Of a stretch of 47,797 bases of DNA, positions 8,949 through 18,765 are shown one piece after another. The first letter of the stretch is position 1. Every line of letters starts with the position of its first letter. Source of the stretch: Candidatus Peribacteraceae bacterium. GTDB taxonomy: Bacteria > Patescibacteriota > Gracilibacteria > Peribacterales > Peribacteraceae. The stretch is from NCBI GenBank assembly GCA_022843885.1, contig JALHMU010000001.1, positions 1 to 47,797 of the forward strand, read 5' to 3'. The position numbers were made by a program, and so were the translations under genes. Under the pieces are notes generated by a model that did no database searches, was not told the origin of the DNA, and worked only from the letters and a program-made list of their open reading frames with translations.

Positions 8949-10184
8949 ATGCGCGGAAGACGTGATACTGTATCTTTTGTTCCCATGTTTCGTCGCGCCG
9001 ATTATCTCCTCCTTGGAACGGCCCTCGTCTTAACGCTCTTCGGACTCGCGATGGTCTCAAGCGTCAGCGTGTTTGAAAGTTATCAGCTGACGCAACGCTT
9101 TGTTCTTCAAGGAACGTGGGATGCACCATCAAACGCATTCTATTTGTGGCGCACATTCCTGCATGTGATCGCAGGGATGATCGCGATGTTGTTCATGGCG
9201 TTGATTCCCTATCGTTTATGGGAACGTTTCGCGCGTTTACTCTTCATTCTCACAATCACATCACTGCTCCTCTCATTCATCCCGGCATTCGGAAACAACT
9301 ACGGTACCGCACGCAGCTGGGTGCACATCGGATTCATCAACTTCCAGCCGTCCGAGTTCTTTAAGATCACGCTGATCTTCTACCTCGCTGTGTGGCTGCA
9401 GAAAAAAGAGTCGAGTATCTCCACATTCAAAGAAGGATTCATCCCATTCGTGATCCTGCTCTGTCTTTCCACCTTCCTCGTCGCCATCCAGCCGGATCTC
9501 GGCTCCTTCCTCGTGTTCTCGTGCATTGCCACGGTGATGTTCTTTATCGCTGGAGGAAACTTGTTCCACCTCATTCTTGGCGGTGCGACGGCCGCCATCC
9601 TCGGTCTCCCGATTATCTTGAACGAACAGTATGTTCGTAACCGTTTCCTCGCATTTTTGAATCCAACGGATCCACAAATTGCAGAAGGTATCGGATTCCA
9701 GATCAAACAAGCATTGATTGCGATCGGTTCAGGGGGACTCTTCGGTGTCGGCTATGGCAAATCGATTCAGAAATTCGGATATTTACCGGAAGTACAATCT
9801 GACACTATCTTCGCGGCGATGGGTGAAGAGCTCGGCTTCATGCGTCTCATGATCGTGCTTGGTTTGTACACGATCTTCATCATCCGCGGCTACCGCGTCG
9901 CGGTAAACGCACCGGATCGTTTCGGTTTCATGGTGGCGACCGGTATCACCACATGGATTGCTGCACAGACCATCCTCAACATCATGGTAAACCTCGCGCT
10001 CTTCCCACTCACGGGACTCACGTTACCGTTCATCAGTTACGGCGGATCATCGCTCATCACCGTTCTTGCCGGTGTCGGTGTGCTGCTCAACATTTCCATG
10101 TACTCCACGCAAGAACAGGCCAATGTTCGACGCAGTCAGCGCGCGACACTCACACGTTCCTTCCAACGTTTCGTTCATGGATAA
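8949..10184 (+). CDS. ftsW: SEDS-family peptidoglycan glycosyltransferase FtsW/RodA
   Basis: About 10 TM segments. SEFFKI, QPDLGS, LPEVQSDTIFAAMGEELGF, LPFISYGGSS. It lies immediately upstream of murG with an 8-nt overlap. Alternative start at ATG 8985. Confidence 0.8.
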   Translation: MRGRRDTVSFVPMFRRADYLLLGTALVLTLFGLAMVSSVSVFESYQLTQRFVLQGTWDAPSNAFYLWRTFLHVIAGMIAMLFMALIPYRLWERFARLLFILTITSLLLSFIPAFGNNYGTARSWVHIGFINFQPSEFFKITLIFYLAVWLQKKESSISTFKEGFIPFVILLCLSTFLVAIQPDLGSFLVFSCIATVMFFIAGGNLFHLILGGATAAILGLPIILNEQYVRNRFLAFLNPTDPQIAEGIGFQIKQALIAIGSGGLFGVGYGKSIQKFGYLPEVQSDTIFAAMGEELGFMRLMIVLGLYTIFIIRGYRVAVNAPDRFGFMVATGITTWIAAQTILNIMVNLALFPLTGLTLPFISYGGSSLITVLAGVGVLLNISMYSTQEQANVRRSQRATLTRSFQRFVHG

Positions 10185-11247
10185 ACCACTCGTTCTTTTT
10201 TGCGGCGGTGGCACGATGGGACACCTCGCGCCTGCGATGGCCGTTGCCGACGCACTCCGAAAACAGATCGATGTTGATGCATTTTTTATTTGCGGTACGC
10301 GTGAACAAGAAAAGAAAGCACTCGCGCCGTCGGGCTATCGATTCAGTGCGCTCTCAGCACCCAAATTTCCACGCGGAATTTCGCTCGGATGGATTGTCTT
10401 TCCCTTTCATTTTCTTTTTTCACTGCTTGCAGGATTCATCATCCTACTCCGCACGAAACCGACGCTCATTTTCAGTAAAGGCGGCTTCGTCAGTGTGCCG
10501 GTCTGTGTTGCGGCATCCGTTCTTAATATCCCGATTGTGTTGCATGAGTCTGATGCCGTTCAAGGGCTTGGGAATAGGCTGATCGCACGTCTTGCATCAC
10601 GCGTTTGTCATGGCTTCCCGATCGAAAATGAAACAGAGCAAGACGTCTACACAGGTAACCCGGTTCGATCATTCCTCAAAGAACAAACAGCAAGTGAAGG
10701 ATTGATGCTCACTGGCTTTTCCGGACGTCGACCGATCGTCATGATCACGGGTGGGAGCCAAGGTGCGGAAGCATTGAACAGAGCAGTCGACTCCTTCCTC
10801 GATGCACTCCTCAATCAAGCTGATGTTATTCATCTCACTGGTCCCGGAAAGCAAGGTGCGCGCAAACAACATGCACGGTACTTCGTGCGAGAGTTCGTCG
10901 ATCGTGAACTTGGATCACTCTATGCGATTGCATCACTCGTTGTGACACGTGCTGGAGCCGGAACACTCTCGGAATTATCCTACTTTGAAAAGCCCTCCAT
11001 CATTGTGCCGATCAAAGGACTCGCGAATGATCATCAAGTCCGCAATGCTGCACTCCTTGAGCAACGTGGCGCTGCGATCGTGCTCAAACAATCCGAATTA
11101 GATCATCTGTCCGATCGCATCACAACCGTGCTTGCAGACGAACATCGCTTGAAGACGCTTGGCACACAACTCGGACTCTTTTTCCCGAAAGACGCTGATC
11201 AAAAAATTGCGGCCGTCTTACTGGACGCACTGAAAAACCGACGGTAG
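10177..11247 (+). CDS. murG: UDP-GlcNAc:lipid I N-acetylglucosaminyltransferase
   Basis: GGGTMGHLAPAMAVA, and ITGGSQGA within the C-terminal Rossmann domain. The start was trimmed to ATG 10177 (MDKPLVLFCGGG). Confidence 0.9.
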   Translation: MDKPLVLFCGGGTMGHLAPAMAVADALRKQIDVDAFFICGTREQEKKALAPSGYRFSALSAPKFPRGISLGWIVFPFHFLFSLLAGFIILLRTKPTLIFSKGGFVSVPVCVAASVLNIPIVLHESDAVQGLGNRLIARLASRVCHGFPIENETEQDVYTGNPVRSFLKEQTASEGLMLTGFSGRRPIVMITGGSQGAEALNRAVDSFLDALLNQADVIHLTGPGKQGARKQHARYFVREFVDRELGSLYAIASLVVTRAGAGTLSELSYFEKPSIIVPIKGLANDHQVRNAALLEQRGAAIVLKQSELDHLSDRITTVLADEHRLKTLGTQLGLFFPKDADQKIAAVLLDALKNRR

Positions 11248-11258
11248 GGTACGACTCT

Positions 11259-11936
11259 ATGAAACGCACCCTCCTCTTCCTTGTCCCGGTGATTCTTCTT
11301 GCCGGTTGTACTACGACGCCGTCCACAACGACGGACGAATATAACTACGACGCATCATCGTCTGCTCAAACGCAAACATCATCTACTACCTCTTCTTCCA
11401 TTTCTTCCATGTCCGCAAACTCTTCCAAAGCAGCCGCGTTCGACGGCACAATCTTAAAAGGAAAACACTACGTCACACTCAAGACGACGCAAGGTGACAT
11501 CACACTTGAACTCAACGCTGATGCTGCTCCAAAAACTGTGACGAACTTCGTCGCACTTGCACAGAGCGGGTATTACGACGGTGTCACATTCCACCGCGTT
11601 ATTCCTGGATTCATGATCCAAGGCGGCGATCCAAACGGCGATGGTCGTGGTGGTCGCAGCATCTTCGGTGATACGTTCGAAGATGAGATCGATGCATCTT
11701 CTGCGCTCTACAAGACGGGATACAAAGCCGGTGTCGTTGCAATGGCGAACCGTGGACCAGATACGAACGGTAGCCAATTCTTCATCATGGATGCCGACTA
11801 CCCACTCTCGCCTGACTATACGATCTTCGGAAAAGTCACGAGCGGTCAGAACGTTGTCGAAAAGATCGCAAACGTTCCACGCGATGCAAACGACATGCCG
11901 AAGTCAGCAGTGACCTTCACGGTAGAAGTGAAGTAG
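11259..11936 (+). CDS. Cyclophilin-type peptidyl-prolyl isomerase, probable lipoprotein
   Basis: Lipobox LLAGC, an S/T-rich linker, then FHRVIPGFMIQGGDP...GSQFFI. Confidence 0.85.
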   Translation: MKRTLLFLVPVILLAGCTTTPSTTTDEYNYDASSSAQTQTSSTTSSSISSMSANSSKAAAFDGTILKGKHYVTLKTTQGDITLELNADAAPKTVTNFVALAQSGYYDGVTFHRVIPGFMIQGGDPNGDGRGGRSIFGDTFEDEIDASSALYKTGYKAGVVAMANRGPDTNGSQFFIMDADYPLSPDYTIFGKVTSGQNVVEKIANVPRDANDMPKSAVTFTVEVK

Positions 11937-11968
11937 CGCTTTAACGCAGACGCACGTATTCTCGGCTC

Positions 11969-13435
11969 ATGCGAACGCGCTTTGCGCCATCTCCGACTGG
12001 TTTATTGCATGTAGGCGGTCTTCGAACCGCACTCTACGCATGGCTGATTGCCAAGCAATCCAAGGATCACTTTTTGCTGCGCATCGAAGATACCGATCAA
12101 GCGCGCAGCATTCCTGGTGCAACGGAAAATATTTTACGCACGCTCGATTGGGTCGGCATCCCACCGGATGAAGGTGTCATTCTTCGTGAAGGTGTCGCAA
12201 CGCAGACCGGAGACAAAGGTCCATACATCCAATCGGAACGTTTGGAGCTCTACAAAAAATACGCTGATGAACTCATCGCTTCAGGCAATGCCTATCCCTG
12301 TTTCTGTACAGAAGAGCGTTTGAAAAACATGCGCGATGAACAGATGAAACGCAAACAAGCACCCATGTACGACCGTCATTGTCTGTCACTTTCGCCAGAC
12401 GACATTGAGCAGCGTCTAAAGGCAAAAGAAAAACATGTGATCCGCATGAAAATGCCGCACGGCAACGTCATCAAATTTACGGATGACATTCGTGGGCCCA
12501 TCGAATTCCAGGCACACCTGGTTGATGACCAAGTACTTGTGAAGAGCGATGGTTTCCCAACCTATCACTTAGCGCACGTGGTCGATGATCACTTCATGGA
12601 GATCGGTCTTGTGATCCGCGGTGAAGAGTGGCTCAGCTCACTTCCAAAGCATCTTGTTCTCTTTGCAGCACTTGGCTGGGCAGCACCGCGCTATGCGCAT
12701 CTTCCGCTGCTCTTAAACAAAGATCGCTCAAAGCTCAGCAAACGCCAAAATGATGTGTCCGCAGAGTCCTACAAAGACAAGGGCTACCTGCCAGAAGCCA
12801 TGATCAACTTTCTCGCGATGCTCGGATGGAATCCAGGAACGACACAGGAATTATTTACGACAGAAGAACTGCTCGAAGCGTTCACGTTGGAACGTGTACA
12901 GAAAGCCGGTGCCGTGTTCGATTTGGAAAAACTCGATTGGCTCCAAGGTCAGTGGATCCGAAAATTATCATTGTCAGATCTTTCCGAACGCATTCGCCCG
13001 ATCGTTGCAGAAAAATATGCAGCTGCAGAAAATGACAAAGAATTTGAAAAGAAAATTGCGTTGATCCAAGAGAGAGTCACATTGCTCCCTGAAGCTGCGG
13101 ACATGCTGTCTTTCTTCTATGAAGAGCCAGTCATCGACACTGCGATGATCCTCAGTGCCAAGCAAGGTGTCGAAGCGGCAAATGTCACGATGATCATCAA
13201 AGCGCTGGTCGACACGCTCGATGGTCTCTCGGAAAAGAAATGGAATGATGCAGCAATCAAAGATGCACTTGAAGGTGCGATGGCAACGCATGATCTCAAA
13301 CGTGGACAGATCCTCTGGCCACTCCGCGCCATTCTCACAGGCAAGCCATTCAGCCCAGGCGCGTACGAAGTCGCTGCGGCATTGGGCAAAGAAGAGACAT
13401 TGGCACGACTGCAGAAAGCCAGCGCGGCATTCTAG
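11969..13435 (+). CDS. gltX: Glutamyl-tRNA synthetase
   Basis: RFAPSPTGLLHVGGLRTALY (HIGH-type motif) and KLSKR (KMSKS-type motif). Confidence 0.9.
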   Translation: MRTRFAPSPTGLLHVGGLRTALYAWLIAKQSKDHFLLRIEDTDQARSIPGATENILRTLDWVGIPPDEGVILREGVATQTGDKGPYIQSERLELYKKYADELIASGNAYPCFCTEERLKNMRDEQMKRKQAPMYDRHCLSLSPDDIEQRLKAKEKHVIRMKMPHGNVIKFTDDIRGPIEFQAHLVDDQVLVKSDGFPTYHLAHVVDDHFMEIGLVIRGEEWLSSLPKHLVLFAALGWAAPRYAHLPLLLNKDRSKLSKRQNDVSAESYKDKGYLPEAMINFLAMLGWNPGTTQELFTTEELLEAFTLERVQKAGAVFDLEKLDWLQGQWIRKLSLSDLSERIRPIVAEKYAAAENDKEFEKKIALIQERVTLLPEAADMLSFFYEEPVIDTAMILSAKQGVEAANVTMIIKALVDTLDGLSEKKWNDAAIKDALEGAMATHDLKRGQILWPLRAILTGKPFSPGAYEVAAALGKEETLARLQKASAAF

Positions 13436-13469
13436 CGATCGATTTTTAAACGGCGTACACTCTGATCAT

Positions 13470-13928
13470 ATGCATCACTCCGATACAGAAGTTGAGATCA
13501 ATCAGGAAAACGGCAAAGCCGTGATCCAAGGCAAGACGAGCGTTCCATTCAAAACGTTCGTGAGCCTGATCTTGCAACGCAAAGTACAAACGCTTTTCAA
13601 GAAGTGGCAGGACGAACCTGTCATTGTCGGCACCGAACTGCTCACCGGTCTCGCGAGTGCACCGGATGACAGCACAGAAGATCGCGGTAAGCTTGTCATC
13701 GTCACATTGGGTGTCGGTGTCATCCTCGGCGTGTTCCTCACGACGGGAGTCCTCTTCGTTCTGACCATCCTCAAGATCGTGCCAAGCATGGCGGAATACG
13801 GCTTGGTGCTGTTTATTCTCGTGTGTTTGAGTTTCCTGCTTTCCGTTATGCAGCGCAGCCAGAAATCGTCCACGAAGCAGAAGTTGTACGAGAAAATGGA
13901 GCGTGTGACGGACGTTCTCTCACGCTAA
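13470..13928 (+). CDS. Hypothetical membrane protein (152 aa)
   Basis: Two hydrophobic segments (VIVTLGVGVILGVFLTTGVLFVLTIL and GLVLFILVCLSFLLSV). The start was trimmed to an ATG downstream of the gltX stop. Confidence 0.45.
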   Translation: MHHSDTEVEINQENGKAVIQGKTSVPFKTFVSLILQRKVQTLFKKWQDEPVIVGTELLTGLASAPDDSTEDRGKLVIVTLGVGVILGVFLTTGVLFVLTILKIVPSMAEYGLVLFILVCLSFLLSVMQRSQKSSTKQKLYEKMERVTDVLSR

Positions 13929-13931
13929 ATC

Positions 13932-14795
13932 ATGGAGATCAAAGAGCTCGTGTCCGTCGGCGGAAAGACGACCATGCGCATTGGTGGCAATGCACGCTAT
14001 TTTGCAGAACTCAAAACAGAAGATGATTGCACGGAAGCAGTCCGCTTCGCCAAAGAAAAAAATATTCCACTCCTTCCGCTCGGCTCAGGATCAAACACGG
14101 TCTTTGCAGATGAAACAATCGATGCACTCGTTATTCGTATCGGTGTGTCTGATATGACGGTCGAAGGAAATACCGTACGTGTGAAAGCCGGAAAGAATTT
14201 GGCGATGTTGATCAACGAATTGGCCAAACAAAACCTCGATCTCTCAGCACTCACGGGCATCCCCGGAACCCTTGGTGGAGCCATTTTCGGCAATGCAGGA
14301 GAAGGACCGGCCGGAGTGTGGTTGGGACAATTTGTGAAAGAAGTGCGGGCCTGCATCGATTCCGAATGGCACACGTTTTCCGGTGAAGAATGTGACTTCG
14401 TGTATCGAGGAAGCATGTTCAAGCGGCTTCAGAAACCAGTGATCATCTGGGAAGCAGTTCTCACGATTCCATCGCGTCCAGCGAGTGAAATCCAGGCCAA
14501 CATCGAAGCGCTTTTGAAAAAGCGAATCGAAACACAGCCACATGTGAAAACTGCAGGCTCCTGTTTCAAAGCACACAGCGGAACGCCGGCGTGGAAACTT
14601 ATCGACAAAGAGGGATTGCGCGGTCTTCAGATCGGCGATGTGCAGATCGCGGAGAAGCATGCGAATTTTTTGTTGAACACTGGCAAGGCAACCTACGCCG
14701 ATGCCGTCAAAGTCGTCGAAACCGTCAAAGCAAAATTACCGGATCTCGAAGTCGAGATGCGCTTTATCGAGCCCTCAGGGAAGCCAAAATTTTGA
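13932..14795 (+). CDS. murB: UDP-N-acetylenolpyruvoylglucosamine reductase
   Basis: FAD-binding N-terminus GGNARYF...PLLPLGSGSNTVF. C-terminal GSCFK and IAEKHANFLLN. Confidence 0.85.
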   Translation: MEIKELVSVGGKTTMRIGGNARYFAELKTEDDCTEAVRFAKEKNIPLLPLGSGSNTVFADETIDALVIRIGVSDMTVEGNTVRVKAGKNLAMLINELAKQNLDLSALTGIPGTLGGAIFGNAGEGPAGVWLGQFVKEVRACIDSEWHTFSGEECDFVYRGSMFKRLQKPVIIWEAVLTIPSRPASEIQANIEALLKKRIETQPHVKTAGSCFKAHSGTPAWKLIDKEGLRGLQIGDVQIAEKHANFLLNTGKATYADAVKVVETVKAKLPDLEVEMRFIEPSGKPKF

Positions 14796-14831
14796 TATAG
14801 CTTTGGGAAAACAGAGGGATATCATAGTGCC

Positions 14832-15038
14832 ATGCGACATCTCCATCTACGACGACCGGACGGCGTTGCGCCTGAGGTCATGAATGGCACTGTTTCCGAT
14901 CTTCTGGGACGTGGTGTCACTCTTTCGCAAAAAGGAAGAAATACACATCTCTATACCTTGAGTGAAGAACTTCTCCCCGAAGAATTCAAGCGCGTTCGCC
15001 GTGAACTGCAGACGCTTGGAATTCTCGACCAAAAATAA
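14832..15038 (+). CDS. Small hypothetical protein (68 aa)
   Basis: ORF only, but a strong terminator follows directly. Confidence 0.3.
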   Translation: MRHLHLRRPDGVAPEVMNGTVSDLLGRGVTLSQKGRNTHLYTLSEELLPEEFKRVRRELQTLGILDQK

Positions 15039-15069
15039 AAGACCGCCCACGAACGAGCGGTCTTTTTTT
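15037..15069. terminator. Bidirectional intrinsic terminator between convergent genes
   Basis: Stem GACCGC (15041-15046) / GCGGTC (15057-15062). An A-run lies upstream and a T7 run (15063-15069) downstream, so it is flanked by U-runs on either strand. Confidence 0.6.
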
Positions 15070-15077
15070 AAATCCGA

Positions 15078-15941
15078 TTAGAACGGAAGGTCTTCTGCTT
15101 TGATTTCCGATTCGTACTTGATGTCCGGGATTGCCCCAGCTGGAACGGCGTCCATTTCTTGTTCCTGCGATTGCATCGGTGCCTCAGAAGACTTCATGGC
15201 ACTGTCACTCTGGAGTGCGCTCATTGCTTCTGCATTCTTCACACCGAGGATGCTGACCTGATCGGCAATCACTTCAGTTGTGTAGCGCTTCTGACCTTGC
15301 TGCGTTTCCCATGTGCGCGTCTGACTGCGACCAGAAACGTAGGCACGCATGCCTTTCTTTAAGTTCTGACTCAGCGCCTGTGCAAGATCACCCCAGACGA
15401 CGACGTTGTGGAATTCACTGCGCTCTTTCATCTCACCGGATGCTTTGTCTTTCCAGCGTTCATTCGTTGCGACGCTCAAGCTGAGGACGTTCTGTCCGCC
15501 CGTTGTCGTGCGCATTTCAGGATCACGTGTGACGTTGCCGATAACCTGCACACGGTTCAAGCAACCGCTGACGAGTCCTGCACTGCTTGGCAATTCCAGC
15601 TGTCCGCTCTTTGGATCGAGCAGGATCATATCCATCGCGACGATCTTGGTTTTGCTGCGCTTCTCATGCGATTGCTCATCTTCCCAGCTGTCTGTCTGAA
15701 GGCGACCGGAAATGTAGAGCTGTGCGCCGGCACGGACGTATTGTCCTGCGACATCGGCCATGGAACCCCACACCGTGACAGTGTGGAAGCTTTTGCCTTT
15801 CAGCATCTCGCCTGATTCCGTTTTGAATGCATACGGAACAACGATATTCAAATCCGTAACGCTGGTGCCGCCTGGTGTTTGGCGCAGAGTTACTGGTTGT
15901 GTCTGGTAGCCGATGATTTCAATACGGTTGAGTGAGAACAT
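15078..15941 (-). CDS. ssb: Single-stranded DNA-binding protein with two tandem OB folds
   Basis: Two SSB-like OB domains (LNRIEIIGYQTQ...HTVTVWG...LYISGRLQ and LNRVQVIGNVTRDP...HNVVVWG...AYVSGRSQ) and an acidic tail ending EDLPF. Start trimmed to MFSLNRIEIIG. Confidence 0.85.
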   Translation of the reverse strand: MFSLNRIEIIGYQTQPVTLRQTPGGTSVTDLNIVVPYAFKTESGEMLKGKSFHTVTVWGSMADVAGQYVRAGAQLYISGRLQTDSWEDEQSHEKRSKTKIVAMDMILLDPKSGQLELPSSAGLVSGCLNRVQVIGNVTRDPEMRTTTGGQNVLSLSVATNERWKDKASGEMKERSEFHNVVVWGDLAQALSQNLKKGMRAYVSGRSQTRTWETQQGQKRYTTEVIADQVSILGVKNAEAMSALQSDSAMKSSEAPMQSQEQEMDAVPAGAIPDIKYESEIKAEDLPF

Positions 15942-16080
15942 CTCGATTGGGGGAATGGAAGTAAAGGAGGTCTCGTGCACTTTTGTACACCTGCCGTTTT
16001 TGAGCGGCAACCAGATCTGATTGTTTGAAATATTTTTTTGTGTGGCAATCGCATTCTCTTAAGGCCGGTCGGAAGTGGCT

Positions 16081-18765
16081 ATGTTATGCTTCCGTCCAAT
16101 GCGAAAGAGACTTTTGTTCCTGTTGTTTCTTGCCTTGGTCCCTTGCGGAACATGGGCGGCAACCTATGAGAGTCCGAAAAAGCCCCCAATGTACTTCGAT
16201 CCACCGAATGGTTCGGTTGATCCAGAAGCGCATATTATGAGTACAGAACTCGGAGAATTGAATGCGAACGTGCAGGCAGTGCAGTGTGGAGGATGGATCG
16301 ATGACAGCATGGCGGCGTGGGGTGACATCATCGAGAGCAGCATGGAATTTCCTGGCCGTAGCGTGAAACCGTTCGAAAATATTGCGACGGGCATGGGCGG
16401 ACGATGGGGTTTTAGTTATCCGGACAATGCCTATGGCTTCATGTCATCGTGCGATCCACATGACCAACAATTCAACCCGGATCGTCTTTGCTTAATCGCG
16501 GAAGGAACTGCCACACCAGAACAATGTCGTCAGTTGTATGAATATTGGCTGAGCAAAGCACAAGATCCGCCACAGGAATTTTGTGACGACGGCACGGCCA
16601 TTCCGACCTGTTATCAGGACACAGAAGACTGCACCGGTTCCGAATGCCGCACGCCGTTACGTCCGATGTTCCAAGTTGATTGTGATCCGAACGGTGGTGT
16701 GAATGTCACGCGTATCGTGAGTTCGTTCTATCGGCACTACATCACAGATGATCTGAATGCGGGTGCAGAAGTCTGGAGTGAAGGGGAAAACCAAGTCGTG
16801 AAAGCCGACTGTTATGAATACTACGATGAGCAGGATGCGCGTTTTGTCCCTGCAACACCCGATCAAAAACGTTGCGAACTTGTAGAAACCGATGAAAGCG
16901 ATGGAGGAACACCGGAATGGATTACGTTGGCTTCCAAAGAAAACTTTTTTCCTGCTGTCGATCAAAATCAATTCAATCACGAACCTGGTGAGCGCGGAAT
17001 TTTGTCTCCATGGTTCCCAGATACGAAAACGAATATCGCATTCCTCGATACTGCAACCGCAAAAAAGGAGGCAGAGGATGCGGGAGAAGAATATGACGAA
17101 CCGGATATGGAGAAGTTGCTCAGCTATAAACCGAAATCCGAAATTCGCGTGTCTAGCGGCAGTACCAATGGCAAATACCACGTCGATAGTTTTGATGATG
17201 CGACAGATCCAGATAATCCGAACAGCGGCAACCGTGAGATCGTGCGATGGTGGCAAGAACAGGAGCGCCGTTTGCTCAAGATCACGCACGCACCATCCAT
17301 TCGCCTCGTCATTCCCGCACGCTTTGCCACCGGTCTCGACCCTGATGATCCGCTTATTCAGATTGCTGCCGGTGTTCCGAATCAGCCGAAAGGTTTCGTG
17401 GAATTGGAACTCCGTGCAAACAGTGATGACTTTGGTCGACTACTCGATTCATTGCACCGTTCGTGGATCTTGCCTATCGAAGAAGTCAGAATCCCCGTAC
17501 TCGTTCCGATTGTCTCTGAAGCAGAGCTCGATAACATCATTCTGGAATGGAAACTGTGGGGTACACGGTACGACCGCATGGACGATGCTGAGCCATTTAT
17601 CGAACGTTTCGAATCATATAAAAATCAGGTCAATCGTGTGCGACTATTGCGTGAAGCATTGGCGCATTATTTATCGGATGTACTCAACACGCAGCAAGAA
17701 CTCCGAGGATTCTTCGCAAATTGGTACATTCAAAATGCGGAACGATTGCAACTCTGGAATCAGAACGTGTCCGATCGTCAGGAAGTTGCCTATCGCTGGC
17801 GTGAGATCAGTAAAATTTTGATCGATACGCATGATGGTTGCGAATTGCAGTGGTGCTCCAATGCTCGGTACACCGCGCCGATCTATTCCTTGCTCGATCC
17901 CTGGATGCCGGACCGTCCAAGCTTGAAAGGCCTCTCGGAAAATGAAGACTATGTTCTTCCAGATTGGGGCGTGCCACCAGACATTTCCGCCGATTTCTCT
18001 GATCTCACGATCGATGCAGATTCCATGCCGCTTCCTGTGCTTGATGTGACGCAAATCAAAGTACGTTTGCCACATCCTCCAACGGAATCAGGCTTCACCG
18101 GAGATGTGAACGATCTTCCGCAAAACATTCCAACAATTCCGGACGATCAACTCCTCCCTGTCACGGATATTTTCGGCGGTCTCGCACTTCCGCAGGTACA
18201 TCTGCCTGATAACGCAAAGCTCATCGACGAACCACCACCACCCGGAGACTTCGGTCGTGTATATGACGTCCTTGATACGATTCGATTCACACTGGAACAA
18301 GCACAGCAAAACTACTGTGAGTTTACGCGCAGCATCGAAGCACAGAAGGACGGCGAAGATGAGCAAAGTCGTCAGTTCCGCAAGATCGTCCACACCGAAT
18401 TCGATTTGCGTGAACGTGTTGGACGATTGTTTGCCCGCCGCGCACCACTCTGGAAGGAGGATTACATGGGCCGCGGTCAGCGCATTGCGACAGCGGAAGA
18501 TCCCCGAGGAGTGGGCCCTGTCTGTGACGGACCGGATTGCATCAAACTCCCTCCGGAAAAATACACGACGTTCCGTTGGCACATCGAAATCACGCCAGGT
18601 CCGCAATTCATGTTCCAGCAAAAGGCAAATGAAGTTCGCGGTGATACAACGCCATTTGAAGAATGGGACAATCCATACGACAATATCCCCATCAAAAGTC
18701 TGAGAAAAATTCTGACCCCGATCGCACCCGTTCAGAACGACTTGTCCGTTCCGCGTACACCATGA
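16081..18765 (+). CDS. Large exported Cys-rich protein, unknown family (operon gene 1)
   Basis: Signal peptide ...MRKRLLFLLFLALVPCGTWA. About 890 aa, acidic, rich in W, P and C. Possible starts are GTG 16075, ATG 16081 and ATG 16099. Confidence 0.75.
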   Translation: MLCFRPMRKRLLFLLFLALVPCGTWAATYESPKKPPMYFDPPNGSVDPEAHIMSTELGELNANVQAVQCGGWIDDSMAAWGDIIESSMEFPGRSVKPFENIATGMGGRWGFSYPDNAYGFMSSCDPHDQQFNPDRLCLIAEGTATPEQCRQLYEYWLSKAQDPPQEFCDDGTAIPTCYQDTEDCTGSECRTPLRPMFQVDCDPNGGVNVTRIVSSFYRHYITDDLNAGAEVWSEGENQVVKADCYEYYDEQDARFVPATPDQKRCELVETDESDGGTPEWITLASKENFFPAVDQNQFNHEPGERGILSPWFPDTKTNIAFLDTATAKKEAEDAGEEYDEPDMEKLLSYKPKSEIRVSSGSTNGKYHVDSFDDATDPDNPNSGNREIVRWWQEQERRLLKITHAPSIRLVIPARFATGLDPDDPLIQIAAGVPNQPKGFVELELRANSDDFGRLLDSLHRSWILPIEEVRIPVLVPIVSEAELDNIILEWKLWGTRYDRMDDAEPFIERFESYKNQVNRVRLLREALAHYLSDVLNTQQELRGFFANWYIQNAERLQLWNQNVSDRQEVAYRWREISKILIDTHDGCELQWCSNARYTAPIYSLLDPWMPDRPSLKGLSENEDYVLPDWGVPPDISADFSDLTIDADSMPLPVLDVTQIKVRLPHPPTESGFTGDVNDLPQNIPTIPDDQLLPVTDIFGGLALPQVHLPDNAKLIDEPPPPGDFGRVYDVLDTIRFTLEQAQQNYCEFTRSIEAQKDGEDEQSRQFRKIVHTEFDLRERVGRLFARRAPLWKEDYMGRGQRIATAEDPRGVGPVCDGPDCIKLPPEKYTTFRWHIEITPGPQFMFQQKANEVRGDTTPFEEWDNPYDNIPIKSLRKILTPIAPVQNDLSVPRTP

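Noticed and set aside
10066-10176. Upstream extension of the murG ORF overlapping ftsW by 119 nt
   Set aside because: The MurG Rossmann motif GGGTMGH follows directly after MDKPLVLFC at ATG 10177. The extension is out-of-frame ftsW sequence.
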